A stretch of 64,000 bases of DNA from Eledone cirrhosa (taxonomy: Eukaryota): positions 192,014,001-192,078,000 of the forward strand of contig OZ024743.1 in the NCBI GenBank assembly GCA_964016885.1. Reading direction: 5' to 3'. Position 1 is the first letter of the stretch, and each line of letters opens with the position of its first letter. The position numbers and the translations under genes were made by a program. Positions 62,208-64,000 of this stretch are shown here, piece after piece. The notes beneath the pieces were generated by a model, which saw only the letters and a program-made list of their open reading frames with translations, ran no database searches and was not told where the DNA came from.

Positions 62208-63417
62208 CTAAAAAAAGATTGAACATCTTAAAAAAATTAGGCAGAACTATATTAATAACAAAAGGTACCTTAGATGTAAAGGGGATCATTTTGTATGTAT
62301 ATGTGTGTGTGTATGTGTATATATATAGGGGCATTAACACTAACATAACTTTTATATGAAATACAAGAATTTGTATATCTAGTGACATACAGTATGTTTA
62401 TAAATAAACATTTTGAAAGCCTTCAGCTATGAACTTGAAAACTGATGGTGTAGCGTCATCTAGTGTGTTCCAGCAGAAGCTAAGGACAGGTAACTAGCAA
62501 TAACGTCATCATCATTTCTGACTCTGGTCGTTATCCAGCTAGTGCTCCCTGCCCCGCTCACTGCTGAAACTTAACATAGGTGAAAACATGTAGATTAGAA
62601 GCCTATGTATATGGGCTGATCAGCCTCATTTGCATATAGAGAGCTATTGGCTGGCACGGCCAGAAGATAAAATAAGGGTATTAGCTGTAACATAGCTTTG
62701 TCTATGAAATACATAAATTTGTATATCTGGCAATATACAACATGTTTATAAAGAAACATTTTGAAAGCCTTCAGCGATGAATTTGGAAACTGATGGTGTA
62801 GTACCATCAAGCATGTTCCAGCCGAGGCTAAGGGCTGGTAACTAGCAATAACGATGTCGTGATTTCTGACTCTGGTTATTATCACTGCACGTAACATGTT
62901 TTGCACTACATTAAGTTTCGAGGCATAGGTTTGGCAGCAACTTCAGACTACTTGATAGTGAAGAATGTATGAAGCATTAGTACAACATTTAAAACTGAGA
63001 CAGGATGAATGTCTGAACAAGATCTTATTTTGAAATCATGTGTGTAAAGGGCCAAAAAATATGTTGATCCATTTTCTAAGGGAAGAAACTGATGCCGGCA
63101 CTTGCCAATAAAATCACATGCACATGTTGGTTTTCACTTCAATTTATTATAAATTTCCAGTAGGTTAGTTTAATAACTTGATGGTTGTTTATTTGGGTAT
63201 TGTCAAAGGAGACACAAAATAACAAATTAGTCACCGAGGAGGTCAGAGAATGCGTGATGAAAGAGCTTTGACAATAAACAAATAAACAACCATCCAGTTA
63301 TTAAACTAGCCAACTGGGAATTTATAATAAATTGAAGTGAAAACCAACAGGTGCATGTGTTTTTATTGGTAGCATCATCTTCCCAAAGTATAACAATATA
63401 TATATATGATGATGATG

Positions 63418-63482
<65 letters not shown>

Positions 63483-64000
63483 TATATAACACAAACAAAT
63501 CTGCTAACAAAGAAGATCAATGTTATATTTGATATATTTTGTTAATTGCAACATTGAACATGTTAGAACATACCGTCGTGCACATATAATAAACTTTTAA
63601 GGTGCCATTTCAAACTATAAGCATGGCTATCTGAATACCTATTTATCTCTGAGAATATACTTTGCTCTCTGAGGCCCAGGAAGCAATATATTGCAGGCCA
63701 TCATTCCATGGCTTTTGTTCAATAAATCAGAAACTGGGAGAGCTGTGAAACATTTCTTGTTTTCACACCCGATAACTGTGGACAGAAGTTTCTTCTCAAA
63801 GATTTATCTGACTACAAAAATAGTCTGTGAAAAAGCGAAAATCAGTATGATGGTAATAAATTTTAAAGAGAAAAGGTAAAAAAAAAAAAGGAAAGAAAGA
63901 AAAATAGTAACAAAGAGAAACAAATAAACAAAAAAGACTGAATAAATGAATAAAATTCTCTGCAAAAGTGAATATAAACAATGACCTTCCTGATAAAATT

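Noticed and set aside
63570-63800. Possible further upstream IFT122 exon
   Set aside because: I could not find the expected upstream IFT122 peptide (NANSVAWN...LCFSG) on the minus strand; that exon probably lies outside the window
1-64000. CRISPR arrays, operons or prokaryotic defence systems
   Set aside because: The sequence is eukaryotic intron/exon DNA, and no regularly spaced repeat-spacer array was seen

Overview
AT-rich, microsatellite-rich animal genomic DNA. The repeat families (RTE LINEs with (GAT)n tails, tRNA-SINEs with RTE tails) look like an octopus or other coleoid cephalopod; this is inference. The whole window lies inside one minus-strand host gene, IFT122 (IFT-A subunit, WDR10). 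Eight internal coding exons can be read with canonical GT-AG ends and consistent phases, and one intron is about 31 kb. The introns are packed with mobile DNA: several RTE-clade LINE families (one with an intact 1006-aa ORF), Naiad-type Penelope-like elements, a hAT/Buster transposase remnant, a Helitron, an R4/Dong-like fragment, piggyBac-type MITEs and SINEs. The most notable hidden signal is a set of about 10 hammerhead-ribozyme motifs in short non-coding elements with inverted or direct repeats next to (TA)n tracts. Two unrelated ones share a compensatory U3-A8 core (UUGAUAA), and one of these sits in a 316-nt retrozyme-like repeat unit. Other notable points are a PHD-type finger inserted inside the RTE reverse transcriptase, an RTE UTR module shuffled between LINE 5' UTR, LINE 3' UTRs and SINEs, and a probable hAT hairpin-resolution footprint. 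All calls were made by eye, with no database searches.
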